Virus record (IMG/VR): IMGVR_UViG_3300020044_005221
Location: 1 to 37,447 of that record
Reading direction: 5' to 3' (one strand)
Length of the DNA stretch: 37,447 nt
Source: a virus
Taxonomy: Duplodnaviria; Caudoviricetes
Shown here: positions 1-7,989 of the stretch, one piece after another
Numbering within the stretch: the first letter of the stretch is position 1
Layout of the letters: every line of letters begins with the position of its first letter
The notes under the pieces: model-generated
The model's input: the letters and a program-made list of their open reading frames with translations, nothing else
Database searches by the model: none
Told to the model about the DNA's origin: nothing
Program-made: the position numbers and the translations under genes

Positions 1-2
1 AG

Positions 3-443
3 TCTCAACTTGGTGAAGCGAAATTTGAGCAAGCTACTAAGTATACCTCAATTGATCAGAAGTTAAATGATCTTGAAGAGACTGTTATTGATGGTTTGGC
101 TAATACTATTGGTATGGTAATGGATCCCCTTAAGTTAGCTAGAGTTCTCCAGGTAGTTAACGGAGCTAAGAGGAGAGGAGTTGGATTATCAGGAGATGGC
201 TTAGATCATGTCCCTGTTGTCTCGCTAACAATGCCAATTAAGGTAGTTAATAATTTTGTAGTTAATCAGGTTAATCAGGTAGTGAAAGCAGGGGGTGAGG
301 ATTTAGTTACTATTCAACCCTCCCAAATGAAGGAGTTATTACATGGACAAAAGACGCGAAAGCTTACAGAGAGTCACCAGCATTCCCAAATTTCCCAAAG
401 TCTCAAGGCCAGACTTAAGCAAGGAAGTCCAGATTCTGTCTAA
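3..443 (+). CDS. Probable terminase small subunit, 5'-truncated
   Basis: The frame of ORF 96..443 is open back to position 3 (SQLGEAKFEQATKYTSIDQKLNDLEETVIDGLANT...). It sits just upstream of terL; function inferred from position. Confidence 0.55.
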   Translation, partial: SQLGEAKFEQATKYTSIDQKLNDLEETVIDGLANTIGMVMDPLKLARVLQVVNGAKRRGVGLSGDGLDHVPVVSLTMPIKVVNNFVVNQVNQVVKAGGEDLVTIQPSQMKELLHGQKTRKLTESHQHSQISQSLKARLKQGSPDSV

Positions 444-507
444 CGTTCACAAAGCTCGGGCTTATCAACTCTTGATTAATTTAAGCTTACAAGTCTCTCA
501 TGGTTAA
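343..507 (+). CDS. Small hypothetical protein, 54 aa (MDKRRESLQRVTSIPKF...LQVSHG), absent from the ORF track
   Basis: AAGGAG 7 nt before ATG 343; stop TAA 505-507 ends 2 nt before the terL ATG. Confidence 0.5.
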   Translation: MDKRRESLQRVTSIPKFPKVSRPDLSKEVQILSNVHKARAYQLLINLSLQVSHG

Positions 508-509
508 TT

Positions 510-2000
510 ATGGCTAATTTAGAGCAGCAAGAGGGAAGATATAATGTAGATGAGGTATTGCTTAATGCTGAAGAGAGTTTAGATTTCCTTTGTGCATTAG
601 CAATGCCTCATGTATATGAGTATGCTTTCCCGCCGAAATATCTTGACTTATGGAGCGGGCTTAAGGATTACATACATAGAGTCAGAGATTTCTCACAGTT
701 AGCTGTGGGTTTACCGCGCGGATTCTCTAAGACTACTTTATTTAAGTTATTTTGTCTGTATATTATTCTCTTTACTAAGCGCAACTTTATCTTAGTTATT
801 TGCGCCAATGAAGATAAAGCAGTGGATTTTATCACTGACGTAATGAATATGCTAAGAGAGCCTAACATTAAGGCTGTCTTTGGTGATTATACAATAGGGA
901 TAGAAACTTCCACTAAGCAGAAACATGTATTTACTTTCAGAGGTAGAAAGATAATTCTGAAAGCCTTAGGCAGTAATGGTGATCCGCGAGGTATTAACGT
1001 TGACCATCAGCGTCCAGATGTTATGATCTTTGATGACATGCAATCTAAAGAGTTAGCTGAGTCTCAATTACTTAGTGAAGCTCTTGAGCGCTGGTTAGTT
1101 GGCACAGTTATGAAAGCTAAGTCTCCAAGAGGTTGCTTATATATCTTCATAGCTAATATGTATCCTAAGCCATATTATTCCATTCTTAGGAAACTTAAAG
1201 ATAATCCTAACTGGGTTAAATTTATTGTAGGTGGGATACTTGCTGATGGCTCATCTCTCTGGGAAGAATTACAGCCATTAGAGCAATTAGTTAGAGAGTA
1301 TGAGAATGACTTAGCTGCTGGACATCCTGAGATATTTTATGCTGAGGTACTTAATGATGAGACGGCTTCAGTTAATAATTTAATTGACTTAGCTAAGCTT
1401 CCTCCAGTCCCTATAAGACCAGGAGAAATTCCGGCGGGAAACTTCGTAATCATTGATCCTGCATCAGGTAAAGTTAATAGCGATGATATAGCGATAGGTT
1501 ACTTTGAGGTATATGACGCTTTCCCAGTAATGATGGAAGTTCATGCAGGTAAGTATTCCCCCGGAGAGACAATTAGAATAGCATTGGAATTATGTCTTAA
1601 GAGAAATTGTAGACTTGTGGCAATTGAAGGTGTGGCATATCAATCCACCTTAGCCTACTGGTTCGATTTTATCTGTTTACAAATGGGCATCACAGGCATA
1701 GATGCTATGGAGATATTTCCGGGCGGAAACTCAAAAAATTCAAGAATACTTACAATGTTTAAAGCGTATTCTGCCGGTGAGATATTTATTCATGATTCAG
1801 CCAAAGCATTAGCTCATACGGAGATAAGACAGTTTAATCCTTTGCGGCGAGATAATGTAGATAATATCTTAGACCTATTAACTTATGCCCCCAAAGTAAT
1901 GCTTCAATTTCCTGATCTTATTATGAGTAATAATGTAATAGAGCAGCAAGAATACCAAGCTTTAGAAGTAATTTCCGAACAAGATAATTGTTGTTTTTAA
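510..2000 (+). CDS. terL: Terminase large subunit
   Basis: Walker A-like LPRGFSKTT, Walker B VMIFDD, RNase H-type nuclease acidic motifs (IIDPA, SDD, DNILD); directly upstream of portal. Confidence 0.93.
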   Translation: MANLEQQEGRYNVDEVLLNAEESLDFLCALAMPHVYEYAFPPKYLDLWSGLKDYIHRVRDFSQLAVGLPRGFSKTTLFKLFCLYIILFTKRNFILVICANEDKAVDFITDVMNMLREPNIKAVFGDYTIGIETSTKQKHVFTFRGRKIILKALGSNGDPRGINVDHQRPDVMIFDDMQSKELAESQLLSEALERWLVGTVMKAKSPRGCLYIFIANMYPKPYYSILRKLKDNPNWVKFIVGGILADGSSLWEELQPLEQLVREYENDLAAGHPEIFYAEVLNDETASVNNLIDLAKLPPVPIRPGEIPAGNFVIIDPASGKVNSDDIAIGYFEVYDAFPVMMEVHAGKYSPGETIRIALELCLKRNCRLVAIEGVAYQSTLAYWFDFICLQMGITGIDAMEIFPGGNSKNSRILTMFKAYSAGEIFIHDSAKALAHTEIRQFNPLRRDNVDNILDLLTYAPKVMLQFPDLIMSNNVIEQQEYQALEVISEQDNCCF

Positions 2001-2024
2001 TCCTTATAAGATAGGAGTAGTAAA

Positions 2025-4091
2025 ATGATTACAGGTAATCTCCCATTTATGCCATCGAAGAAATCTCAAGATGGGTTACTATCTTATCTTCGTGCGGCCA
2101 CAGGTATTCAGTGGAGAGCGTATAATCTAAGAGAGCAATTCAGACTTATTGATTTAGCTTATCAAAGAGAAGGAGATTATACTGAGGAGCAGGCTAAGGC
2201 GCGGTTAGCTAATAGATATGGGGACCCCACAAAGTTCCAGAATATTACAATGCCAATTGTTATGCCACAAGTAGAAGCTGCTGTTACCTATCAAGCTTCA
2301 GTTTTCCTAACTGGCACTCCTCTATTCCCTGTAGTAGCTGCACCTTCAGACATGCAAGCTGCCAGAGCACTCGAGACTATCATAGATAACCAAGCTATTC
2401 AGGGGCAGTGGGTAGCTGAGTTAACTCAGACTATTCGTAATGCTTTTAAATATAACTTCTATGCCTTAGAGGTAGCTTGGAAGAAAACTAAAGTTGCATC
2501 CTTTGAATCTGATACTGACTCATTCTCCAAGGAAGGTAAGCCTAAGCAGATCATTAAGGAAGGTAATGCTCTTCGGAATCTGGATGTTTATAATCTTATA
2601 TTCGATACTCGAGTGCAGCCAAGTAAGATGCATATAGATGGAGAGTATGCAGGTTATACGGAGATTATGTCCCGGCTTAAGTTTAAATCTTTTCTTGCTG
2701 AACTCGGTGATGATAAAGTAGGATTCAATTTTAAAGAAGCTATTGAGTCAGGTGTTGGAGAGACCTCGATAGTTATGAATTCCCAAACTGCCCCATTTTA
2801 TATTCCTTGGATTAATCCTGATACTGTGCAGATATATTCAGGACTTACTGAGTTTAATTGGATGGCTTGGGCTAATTTAGAGGATGATACTCCTAAATTG
2901 CAGTATCGGAATTCTTATAGAGTTACGACTCTTTATGCTCGTATCCTACCGTCCGATTTTGGCCTTAAAGCATCAGAAGCTAACACCCCACAAATTTGGA
3001 AGTTCATTTATGTCAATGAGCAAGTCCTTATCTGGGCGGAGAGACAGACTAATGCGCATAATATGTTACCTATTATCTTTGGGCAAGGTGCAGTAGATGG
3101 TCTGGGATTCCAAACTAAGTCCCTTGCATCCAATGAGATACCATTTCAACAGTTAGGTTCCGCTCTCTGGAACTCTGCAATGGCAGCACAGAGACGTAAT
3201 ATCTCGGATCGGATGATTTATAATCCTCTGTATATTGCAGAGAATCAGATTAATAATCCTAACCCGGCCGCTAAGATTCCTATTCGTCCAGCTGCATACG
3301 GTAAAGACCTCTCACAGGCAGTGTATCCTATTCCATTTAGGAATGATAACTTAGATGATGTTGTTATCTTAGCTGATAAAGTGGATCAAATGGCTAATAA
3401 GCTAGCAAGGTCTAATCCGGCGCGGCAAGGGCAGTTTGTTAAAGGTAATAAGACTCGCTCTGAGTTTGATTCAGTCATGGCCAATGCTACTGGAGAAGAT
3501 CAATTACGAGCTATTCAATTTGAGTCCTATCTCTTTACTCCTCTGAAAGAGATTCTTAAGATTAATATTTTGCAGTATCAGACAGCAGATACTATGTTTA
3601 ATACGCAAGATAAGAAGCCAATAGAGATTGATCCTGTCCAGTTAAGAAAGACAGTTATGTCATTTAAATTGTCTGATGGACTTATTCCTGCTGATAGGCT
3701 CGCAAAGACTGAGGTAATAAGAGATGGATTTCAGACACTTGCTAATGTTCCTGCTATTGCCAGTGGATATAACTTGACTCCGATGTTCTCTTATCTTATG
3801 AAGATTCAGGGCGCAGATATTGAAGAGTTTGAAAAACCTCCTGAGCAAGTGGCCTATGAGCAGGCGATGGCACAATGGCAGCAATTGATTATGCAGTTAA
3901 TGAAAGCTAATCCTAACATTCAGCAGAATCAATATCCACCACAGCCATTACCAGAACAGTTTGGTTATAATCCCCAACAGCAATTTAATACAGAGGAGAA
4001 ACAAGAAGATGGAACAGCAACTGGATCCCAGGCTAATGCAGGAATGCTTTCAGCGATTACCAATAACACCGGAGGAGGAACTCCAATGTAA
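2025..4091 (+). CDS. Portal protein (podovirus type)
   Basis: 688 aa following terL, AGGAG RBS, Q/P-rich C-terminal tail, position between terminase and scaffold/capsid. Confidence 0.87.
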   Translation: MITGNLPFMPSKKSQDGLLSYLRAATGIQWRAYNLREQFRLIDLAYQREGDYTEEQAKARLANRYGDPTKFQNITMPIVMPQVEAAVTYQASVFLTGTPLFPVVAAPSDMQAARALETIIDNQAIQGQWVAELTQTIRNAFKYNFYALEVAWKKTKVASFESDTDSFSKEGKPKQIIKEGNALRNLDVYNLIFDTRVQPSKMHIDGEYAGYTEIMSRLKFKSFLAELGDDKVGFNFKEAIESGVGETSIVMNSQTAPFYIPWINPDTVQIYSGLTEFNWMAWANLEDDTPKLQYRNSYRVTTLYARILPSDFGLKASEANTPQIWKFIYVNEQVLIWAERQTNAHNMLPIIFGQGAVDGLGFQTKSLASNEIPFQQLGSALWNSAMAAQRRNISDRMIYNPLYIAENQINNPNPAAKIPIRPAAYGKDLSQAVYPIPFRNDNLDDVVILADKVDQMANKLARSNPARQGQFVKGNKTRSEFDSVMANATGEDQLRAIQFESYLFTPLKEILKINILQYQTADTMFNTQDKKPIEIDPVQLRKTVMSFKLSDGLIPADRLAKTEVIRDGFQTLANVPAIASGYNLTPMFSYLMKIQGADIEEFEKPPEQVAYEQAMAQWQQLIMQLMKANPNIQQNQYPPQPLPEQFGYNPQQQFNTEEKQEDGTATGSQANAGMLSAITNNTGGGTPM

Positions 4092-4329
4092 GGTATTCAC
4101 TTATGGCCAAAGAATAGTATTGATAAATCAGATACAAGCTTTAGCTATTGAAATTGTCAATCTTACTTATGATCATAAAGATAAGGAAGGTTATGCCCTG
4201 CAATTAGCTGAGAAGCAAGGGCAGATGAGTATGCTTCAATATCTCCTTCATACTTCTGATGATGCATTACGAACTCTTAATCAACAAGCTGTACAAGGAG
4301 ATATGAGACCTCCTGAACAGGCATTCTGA
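4009..4329 (+). CDS. Hypothetical head-module protein (start revised from 3961 to ATG 4009)
   Basis: GAGGAG at 3993-3998 precedes ATG 4009; helical sequence between portal and scaffold. Confidence 0.65.
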   Translation: MEQQLDPRLMQECFQRLPITPEEELQCKVFTYGQRIVLINQIQALAIEIVNLTYDHKDKEGYALQLAEKQGQMSMLQYLLHTSDDALRTLNQQAVQGDMRPPEQAF

Positions 4330-4394
4330 TTAATTAGTTTAATTTAACTCTTATATAACCTTTATATAACTCACCTACTTAGAAAGGAATTAAC

Positions 4395-5138
4395 ATGTTT
4401 GATATTTTTAAAACTAGCGCACCTGCTACCGCAGCTCAAGTTACTGGACAACCTCCAGCTCAACCAAGTATTACACCTCCTGAAAGCACTACTAGCGCAG
4501 CTAATGGTGTAACACCTCATGGAACTGGAGTTCCTGCTGAGCCTGCCCCGCTTGACAAGTTAGCCACGATGGTGCAACCTAGCACCACTAAACCAACTGC
4601 CCCAGTCGATGATAGTATCTTTGGTAAAGTAACTCCGCAAGACCTTATGGCCGCTGCTGGTAAGTTAGACTTTACTAAGGTAATAGATAAAGATGTTATT
4701 GCCGCAGCGGCAGCAGGTGGTGAAGCAGGCGTACAAGCCTTAATTCAAGCAATGAACACAGTAAGTCAGCATGTATATGCTCAATCGGCAGCAGCATCAA
4801 CTGCTTTAATCGAGAAAGCTATTACTACCAACACAGAACGATTGACAGATCGTCTACCTTCAGCCCTCAAGAATCATGCCATTAATGACCAGATAGCAAG
4901 TAGTCCTATTCTGGGGCATGCAGCTTCGAAACCAATATTAGATGGCTTAGTAGCAAGTCTCCGAGAAGCTCATCCAGATGCTCCCGCAGATGCTATCGTA
5001 GCTAAGGCTAATGAATACCTCACAACCTATACAACTCAGTTTTTAGCTTCTCAAACTCCAACATCCACTAAAGATGATGGTATGGATTGGGAAGAATATT
5101 TTAGAGAAGCAGTTCCTACGTCCATAAATAAGATGTAG
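4395..5138 (+). CDS. Capsid scaffolding protein
   Basis: P/T/A-rich N-terminus, helical Ala-rich core, acidic-aromatic motif DDGMDWEEYF near the C-terminus; upstream of MCP; AAGGA RBS. Confidence 0.65.
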   Translation: MFDIFKTSAPATAAQVTGQPPAQPSITPPESTTSAANGVTPHGTGVPAEPAPLDKLATMVQPSTTKPTAPVDDSIFGKVTPQDLMAAAGKLDFTKVIDKDVIAAAAAGGEAGVQALIQAMNTVSQHVYAQSAAASTALIEKAITTNTERLTDRLPSALKNHAINDQIASSPILGHAASKPILDGLVASLREAHPDAPADAIVAKANEYLTTYTTQFLASQTPTSTKDDGMDWEEYFREAVPTSINKM

Positions 5139-5182
5139 TATCTGGTCTCTTAAGTTAATTAATCTTTTGGAGACTTTTAATC

Positions 5183-5584
5183 ATGGCATATAAACGTGCT
5201 ATACTTAGTGATCAAGGTCTGAATCGGAAGGCGCGAACGGGCGACGGTGCTTTGATGCATATGAGCCGTACTAACCAAACTACCGATGCTGACTCTGTTA
5301 TTTCCGTCGCGGCAATCCTAGGTGGTTTGTATTCCCGATCTGGTACTAATACCAATCGGACAGATACCACTGATACAGCAGCAAATATTTTAGCTGCGAT
5401 GCCTGAAATGGATATTGGTGATACTTACATGTTTATGGTAAGTAATGCTACAGCCAACCCGTTGGTAATTGCTGGTGGAGCAAGTGTTACAGCATCAGGT
5501 AACTTAACTGTTCCTACACTAGTATCTAAGTGGTTCATGCTGACCAAGACTTCTGCAACAGCTATGACCTTATACGGTTGTTAA
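5183..5584 (+). CDS. Putative head decoration / minor capsid protein
   Basis: 133 aa, T/A/S-rich, beta-type; immediately upstream of MCP; GGAG RBS. Confidence 0.6.
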   Translation: MAYKRAILSDQGLNRKARTGDGALMHMSRTNQTTDADSVISVAAILGGLYSRSGTNTNRTDTTDTAANILAAMPEMDIGDTYMFMVSNATANPLVIAGGASVTASGNLTVPTLVSKWFMLTKTSATAMTLYGC

Positions 5585-5639
5585 GAAGTTTCTAGCGTTT
5601 AACAAACAAATTTAATATCACTTAAGGAGTATTAATATT

Positions 5640-6863
5640 ATGGCCAATTTTACTGGCATATTTAATACAGATCAATTTCCTGCAAGTATAGTTAAGCCTT
5701 CCTTTGCAACAATGATTACTCGCTTGATGCCTAATGGTCAAGCTCCATTGTTTGGTTTAACTGCACAACTGCGTACGGAAGTTGCTGTACAACGTGAGCA
5801 TGGCTTCTTTAGCAAGACAATGCTTTTCCCTGGTTTCACTTTGGCTGCTGCTGTAGCTAACGCGACTGATAATGTATTTACCGTTGTAAGCACTGCTAAC
5901 TTAATGCCGAATATGATGATGCAAGCAGCTTCCACTCGGGAGAATGTTATCATCGATCAGATTCTGAGTCCTACTACTGTACAGGTTATTCGTGGTGTAG
6001 GTACGGTCGCGGCAGGTGCAGTAAGCAACTCGGTCGAATGGCTCGGTGTTGGTACTGCATTCGAGGAAGCTTCTATTCGTCCACAGGCACTTAACATCCA
6101 GCCTGTTAAGATTACGAACTATACACAAATCTTTCGTAATACTTGGGCTGTATCGGAATCTACTCGAGCTACTCTTACCATTGCTGGCGATACTAACATT
6201 GCTGAGTCTCGTACAGACTGCGCTGCGTTCCATGCGGTAGATATCGAGAAGGCACTGTTCTTTGGCCAAAAATCTACTGGTAGTAGAAATGGTCAGCCGT
6301 TCAGAACTATGGATGGCTTCCAGTCAATCGTAAGTAACTTGACCTATTATCCTTCAAGTTATGCGGCTGTCAACGTTACTACTGCTGGATCGACTACTTC
6401 CTATACTCAGTTGGAAGCTGCACTTGATCCACTGTTTAATCAAGCCACCGATCCTAAGGTAGGTAATGAGCGTTTGCTGTTTGTGGGTGGAACGGCGCGT
6501 AAAGTTATCAATGCCATCGGGCGCTTGAATGGTACTTATATGATGATGGATGGACAAACAAGTTACGGCTTGCAATTCCAAACCTTCAAAATATCTCGCG
6601 GTACTTTCAAAGTTATCGAGCATCCGCTATTTAACTCGAATAGCACTTGGTCTAAGATGGCAATGGCAATTGATCTATCTACTTTCAGTGTTGCTTATCT
6701 TGGTGATCGTAAGACTCGCCATGATGCCTTTGGTGCTGGCAATGCTGGGGATAATGGATACGATGCACAAGGTGGAACATTAACAAGTGAATTGACCTGC
6801 TTGATTAAAAATCCTCCTGCCAACGGTATTATCTATAATCTTACCGCTGGTGTAGCTGGTTAA
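5640..6863 (+). CDS. Major capsid protein (SU10/DUF5309-type HK97 fold)
   Basis: 407 aa with NYTQIF, DIEKALFFG, RTMDG and FKVIEHPLF motifs typical of this MCP family; strong TAAGGAG RBS; followed by a terminator. Confidence 0.9.
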   Translation: MANFTGIFNTDQFPASIVKPSFATMITRLMPNGQAPLFGLTAQLRTEVAVQREHGFFSKTMLFPGFTLAAAVANATDNVFTVVSTANLMPNMMMQAASTRENVIIDQILSPTTVQVIRGVGTVAAGAVSNSVEWLGVGTAFEEASIRPQALNIQPVKITNYTQIFRNTWAVSESTRATLTIAGDTNIAESRTDCAAFHAVDIEKALFFGQKSTGSRNGQPFRTMDGFQSIVSNLTYYPSSYAAVNVTTAGSTTSYTQLEAALDPLFNQATDPKVGNERLLFVGGTARKVINAIGRLNGTYMMMDGQTSYGLQFQTFKISRGTFKVIEHPLFNSNSTWSKMAMAIDLSTFSVAYLGDRKTRHDAFGAGNAGDNGYDAQGGTLTSELTCLIKNPPANGIIYNLTAGVAG

Positions 6864-6885
6864 GTTTTCTCCGTAGGGGAGCCTT

Positions 6886-6934
6886 GGGATAGGGTTGGAG
6901 TTTTATAATTCTGATTCTATCCCTCCTTCTTTTT
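6886..6934 (+). terminator. Probable intrinsic terminator after MCP
   Basis: GGGATAGGGTTGGAGTT-TTAT-AATTCTGATTCTATCCC: 17-bp stem with several G-U pairs (favours + strand RNA), then TCCTTCTTTTT. Confidence 0.75.
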
Positions 6935-6959
6935 AAGTAAAAGATCAAAAGGAATTATC

Positions 6960-7385
6960 ATGAGTAATGAAAACGAAGATAAGAAAGAAATAGTGGAGTT
7001 CTCAAGTACTCTGTTATCTAATCAATATCACTTTGGTTATGCAGGTGGAGGTACGGCAATCTTCTTTAATGGTAGATATCGTACCGATGTTAAAGACGAG
7101 ATTGATGAATTGCGCGCGGAAGTTAATAAGGGTAATCCTTATATTAACTCTTATCGTACTGTTGATACTCTTGTTGAAGATCCGCTGGCTAATCTGAGAG
7201 CTAAAATGCGGGCTGAGTTGATCGCTGAGCAGAAAGCGGCTGAAGCAAGAGCTACTAACCCAGACAATGATATGGGTGGAAATACTGGAAGTCCTGGCGC
7301 TTTTGGAGCATCTAACACTGATGACTCATTGGTTACCTTGGCAGCACCAAAGATACCATTGTCATTTAAAACGATAGGAAAATAA
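6960..7385 (+). CDS. Hypothetical virion/assembly protein
   Basis: AAGGA RBS; 141 aa between MCP and adaptor. Confidence 0.7.
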   Translation: MSNENEDKKEIVEFSSTLLSNQYHFGYAGGGTAIFFNGRYRTDVKDEIDELRAEVNKGNPYINSYRTVDTLVEDPLANLRAKMRAELIAEQKAAEARATNPDNDMGGNTGSPGAFGASNTDDSLVTLAAPKIPLSFKTIGK

Positions 7386-7386
7386 A

Positions 7387-7989
7387 ATGAGTGTATTTGC
7401 TGACTTAGTTGATGAGGTTTATGGCATAACCCTACGACCAGATTTAGTTACCCAAACTAAGTCAGCTGTACGGGCAGCTACACTTACTGCCCATCATTTA
7501 GATTATTTTCCTAAAGACCTCTTTGAGGTAGGATTACAATTTACTACTCCTGACTTTGTGCAGTCTCTGAATTATAAGGAAGTAGTTCCTAATTGGAGAG
7601 CCTTTAAGTATCTTAGGAAGTATGATGCAAGTGTCCAAGTCGGGCAAGATTTAACTCCAAAGTTCTTTGAGCTTATCACTCCAGAAGTAGCTTTGGATAA
7701 TTACGGTCTTGTGCGCCAGGACACTTGTTATCTTGCAGGTGAGACGATTGAGATAAGATCGACCACTAAAGATACTTATATGCTTTTAGGTTGCTATGTG
7801 CATCCCACAGTAGTGGAAGCTAGATACTCTTCATGGATAGCAAATGAGTATCCTTATGCTATTATCTATGCTGCCGCAGCTATTATCTTTGCCCAGATAG
7901 GTTACGAAGAGCAAGCAGGAAGTACACAGCAATTGGCAAATTTACAATATAATCAACTGGTTCAACAAATTGTAGCTAGGGGGGATTGA
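7387..7989 (+). CDS. Head-tail adaptor (tail tubular protein A-like)
   Basis: 200 aa with helical N- and C-termini (SWIANEYPYAIIYAAA) typical of podovirus adaptors; synteny. Confidence 0.7.
   Translation: MSVFADLVDEVYGITLRPDLVTQTKSAVRAATLTAHHLDYFPKDLFEVGLQFTTPDFVQSLNYKEVVPNWRAFKYLRKYDASVQVGQDLTPKFFELITPEVALDNYGLVRQDTCYLAGETIEIRSTTKDTYMLLGCYVHPTVVEARYSSWIANEYPYAIIYAAAAIIFAQIGYEEQAGSTQQLANLQYNQLVQQIVARGD

Noticed and set aside
2-12. 11-nt match GTCTCAACTTG to the 3' end of scaffold copy A
   Set aside because: Matches this short are expected by chance in 37 kb, and this one lies in coding sequence.
4351-4370. Tandem TTATATAAC repeat upstream of the scaffold gene as a late promoter
   Set aside because: Low-complexity AT sequence, not found upstream of other late genes.
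5578-5625. Third copy of the scaffold element (TTAAGAAGT at 5581)
   Set aside because: No matching AACTTGTTA and no 12-bp stem; only a short TTGTTAA/TTAACAA hairpin.
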